Part shown: positions 53,301-55,098 of the stretch, in pieces
Position numbering within the stretch: the stretch's first letter is position 1
Layout: each line of letters opens with the position of its first letter
Source of the DNA: a candidate division WOR-3 bacterium
GTDB taxonomy: Bacteria; Hydrothermota; Tepidihabitantia; Tepidihabitantales; Tepidihabitantaceae
Length of the DNA stretch: 55,098 nt
NCBI GenBank assembly: GCA_965649225.1
Contig: CBFGJX010000018.1
Span: forward strand, 1-55,098
Direction of reading: 5' to 3'
Translations under genes and position numbers: made by a program
The notes under the pieces: generated by a model
Told to the model about the DNA's origin: nothing
Databases searched by the model: none
Seen by the model: only the letters and a program-made list of their open reading frames with translations

Positions 53301-54107
53301 TTCTGGCGCTACAACACCACTTCCGGGGCCTGGTATCAGCTCAGCGATGCCCCGGCCGGTCAGCGCGCCAAGTGGGACAAGGGCTCGTGGCTGGTCTATG
53401 ATGCGGCGGGACGCAAACTCTACGCCCACAAGGCCAAGTACTCCGAGCTTTACGCTTATTCAATTGACTCGCTCACCTGGAGCGGTCAGCTTGCCGGCAT
53501 TCCGCTGGCCAATCAGCAGACCGGCAAACAGAAAAAGGCCAAGGACGGTTCGGACGGCACCATCCTCGGCTCGACGCTCTATGCCCTCAAGGGCGGCAAC
53601 ACCGGCGACTTCTACGCGCTGGACCTTGCCACCCTGGTCTGGACCGAAAGCCCGTCCATGCCCGATTTTGGTTCAACCAATCGCAAGAAGCGGCCCAAGG
53701 GCGGCGCCAGCCTCACCGCCGACGGCGAGGCGGTTTACGCCCTCAAAGGCAACAAGACCCTGGAGTTCTGGACCTACACGCTGGGCGGCCGCACCGCCGC
53801 CATGCCGGCCCCGCACCGCAGCGGAGTGCAGGCCGAGCGTCCGACGCCGGTCCGGTTCGGCTTCAGCGTCCGGCCCAACCCGCTCCGTTCGGGTCTGGCG
53901 ACCGTCAGCTACAGCCTGCCGGCTGCCGGGCCGCTGACTGTCCGTATCTACGACGTCGCCGGCCGTGAGCTGGTGACGGTAAACAGAGTTGCCGGCCGTC
54001 AAGGCGCGGTCAGCCTCGACCTCGCCGACCTGCGCGCCGGCATCTATCTCGTGCGGCTTGAAGCCGCCGGGTACAGCATCACGAGCAAGCTCGTGAAGGA
54101 ACGCTAG
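50325..54107 (+). CDS. Secreted S8 subtilase with three CARDB/Ig-like repeats, Kelch-like propeller and T9SS-like CTD
   Basis: SD TAAGGAGG; VVDTG, GHGTHCAG, AAGN, GTSMAT; HDVG/HDAG/HDAA repeats; six KGxxT-like repeats; PNP...AGIYLVRL...KLVKER. Confidence 0.93.
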   Translation: MLKWLSAVTALVVLTTGALAAPLVDPQLQSILAAEDDDAYIPVTIVLNNQFDNELLNSMVEGLPRPVRRARVARILDDFAQAEQRQLLEYLAECKAAGEVNNYFSLWIINAVACGAKRSVIRELAERDDIGILAYAKVAAEVSSVDLGQIVQPDITASVQPNIALINARGAWAQGYTGQGVVIGVVDTGVRYTHMDLRNHLWQAIDTTHEYGFPNCGFNFAASESNWFGHAGPSSYNIWTPLDYLGHGTHCAGLATADGAYGNGTRDTMGVAPSAQIMSLPVDVWVHSPQPDTVLDNSMWAGIQFCVRPFRPSRPLGPDTLNGADLITMSLGLITAWSPRYAMHRIVEENVLAAGIVHMVAAGNEATSGIRTPGNCPPPWPNPVNGTPHPTRGRTAVITVGATDNSDNRASFSSMGPSKIWDTVPPWYDFPYPRYLLDPDICAPGYNVLSTYYSSDQSYTTMYGTSMATPTAAGCVALMLSKNPMLTPRMIDSILEMHGVVDLNPPGKDTAFGAGRINCSLAVARTPTPHDVGVLRINAPLAGNYDSLATATPSAWVKNFHTDPSPAFKVRFRIGSQYVDSAAVSSLAPGESAQVTFSQWTALERGVIAVKCSTELPFDGNPANDKVQHTITVIVHDAGAGRITMPSGTVDSAATITPTVIIHNYGTATENITARLRIGSYNQTATATGVLPGDSAELAFPQWQVNLRGDQTPVCSTELATDVYPENDRSEGSFFGRVHDAAAVAVLAPRGRVNPNTPITPQVRIRNTGTDIIGTCDVRLEIATGYASTVTVNNIPAETDTIVEFFTWLAAPSGTWQTSVRVTTAGDMIPANNIKYDSVIVGDPVPPGWSEVPTPVPSAPSGKAVKDGGWLAYDPASGMFYAAKGNKTADFYRYDPNAGQWQTLPAIPAGVENKLPAKGANGCVDGLGNIYLIKGNNTQAFWRYNIAESSWTQLADVPLGPSNKRIKGGSDLAYVDDGESTWVYLLKGYKTEFWRYNTTSGAWYQLSDAPAGQRAKWDKGSWLVYDAAGRKLYAHKAKYSELYAYSIDSLTWSGQLAGIPLANQQTGKQKKAKDGSDGTILGSTLYALKGGNTGDFYALDLATLVWTESPSMPDFGSTNRKKRPKGGASLTADGEAVYALKGNKTLEFWTYTLGGRTAAMPAPHRSGVQAERPTPVRFGFSVRPNPLRSGLATVSYSLPAAGPLTVRIYDVAGRELVTVNRVAGRQGAVSLDLADLRAGIYLVRLEAAGYSITSKLVKER

Positions 54108-54125
54108 GACCGAAAGGAGAAAAGC

Positions 54126-55098
54126 ATGAGGCAGACTGCAACACTGTTGGCTCTGCTCCTGCTGGCGGGGTTTGCCCTCGCCCAGCCGATGAGCGGAACC
54201 TACACGGTGAAAGCCGACGGAACGGGTGATTTCCTCAACCCGTATCTCGCCGGCGAAGCCGTCCGCACCCGCGGTGCGGTCGGCCCGGTCACCTTCAACA
54301 TCTACTCGGGCATCTACGACCTGCCGTCGTACATCTACCTGTACCAGGTCCCGGGTGCCGACACGTGCCCCATCACGTTCCAGGCCGCGACCGGCCAGAA
54401 CGTGACCATCCGGTACATGTCGGGCTACGCCTTCTACGGCTACAACACCAACAACGTCCGCATCCGCAACCTGCGCCTTGTCACCAGCAGCTACGCTATC
54501 TACATGAACGGCTGCGACAACTGGCAGGTCACCGGTAACACCATCCGGTCAAACAGTTACTGCGTTTACCTCTACTACAACGGCACCAACAGCTGCGACA
54601 ACAACCTGTTTGAACGCAACGACATGCGCACGACCAGTTCCTACGGCATCTACTTTTACGGCTCCAGCTCCGCGTACCACCAGCACAACCAGTTCATCAA
54701 CAACATGATTTACGGCTGGCAGAGCTACGGCATCTACTCCTACTACAACAACGGCACGGTATTCTACCACAACACCCTCCTCGGGACCGGGTCGTACGCC
54801 TTCTATGCCTTCTACACTACCGGCGACACCTGGGTCAACAACATCGTGGTCGGGTTCTACCCGATGTATCGCTCCTCCGGCTCCTCCAACTTCCCGGCCG
54901 CGTCCAACTACAACTGCTGGTACGCCTCCAGCGGTTCCACGACGCCGTTCTACAACACCACCTACGGCTACCAGACCCTTGCCCAGTGGCAGACCAACTC
55001 CGGCGGGCTGGACATGAACTCGATGACCTCCAACCCGCTGACCGGCGGCGTCAACAACCCGCACCTGCAGGCCGGCTCGCCCTGCATCAACGCCGGCA
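54126..55098 (+). CDS. Secreted right-handed parallel beta-helix protein, truncated by window end
   Basis: Not in ORF track. SD AAAGGAG; MRQTATLLALLLLAGFALA-QPMSGTYTV..., repeated YGIY/NN motifs, HLQAGSPCINAG; open to window edge. Confidence 0.88.
   Translation, partial: MRQTATLLALLLLAGFALAQPMSGTYTVKADGTGDFLNPYLAGEAVRTRGAVGPVTFNIYSGIYDLPSYIYLYQVPGADTCPITFQAATGQNVTIRYMSGYAFYGYNTNNVRIRNLRLVTSSYAIYMNGCDNWQVTGNTIRSNSYCVYLYYNGTNSCDNNLFERNDMRTTSSYGIYFYGSSSAYHQHNQFINNMIYGWQSYGIYSYYNNGTVFYHNTLLGTGSYAFYAFYTTGDTWVNNIVVGFYPMYRSSGSSNFPAASNYNCWYASSGSTTPFYNTTYGYQTLAQWQTNSGGLDMNSMTSNPLTGGVNNPHLQAGSPCINAG

Noticed and set aside
54126..55098. AAC/TAC-rich region as a DGR variable/template repeat or a CRISPR-like array
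   Set aside because: Explained by Asn/Tyr ladders of a beta-helix; no reverse transcriptase, near-duplicate repeat or regularly spaced direct repeats.

Overview
A 55-kb chromosomal segment from a GC-rich, probably anaerobic bacterium. The secreted S8, C25 and beta-helix proteins (the S8 and both C25 proteins end in T9SS-like tails) suggest the FCB group or a relative such as WOR-3; this is inference only. Most of the window is core genome: tRNA-Val(GAC), rnhA, dut, rsmA, tatD, metG, metK-ahcY, mutL-miaA, recG-ligA, a xerC-type recombinase, pyk and alr. No CRISPR array, transposase, prophage or reverse transcriptase is visible. Protein-level highlights are (1) a coupled serine palmitoyltransferase plus bCerS-like GNAT pair (candidate ceramide synthesis) and a separate PatA/PimA-like pair, (2) a 5'-nucleotidase fold with all metal ligands altered, fused to a ComEA DNA-binding domain, (3) a B12 mutase with isobutyryl-CoA-mutase specificity residues near two tandem 2-oxoacid:ferredoxin oxidoreductases and three ferritin-like genes, and (4) two gingipain-like C25 paralogues lacking the catalytic His. 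DNA/RNA-level highlights are (5) about ten genes whose start codon lies 5-9 nt after a sigma70-type -10 box (apparently leaderless, often with 16-bp spacers) while secreted proteins use strong SD sites in structured leaders, (6) two unannotated promoter-driven structured RNAs (a 189-nt rod before metK and a ~95-nt anti-SD-bearing RNA before the MBL-mutL-miaA operon), and (7) a 58-aa ORF missed by the ORF track. All calls come from reading motifs by eye; no searches or folding programs were run.
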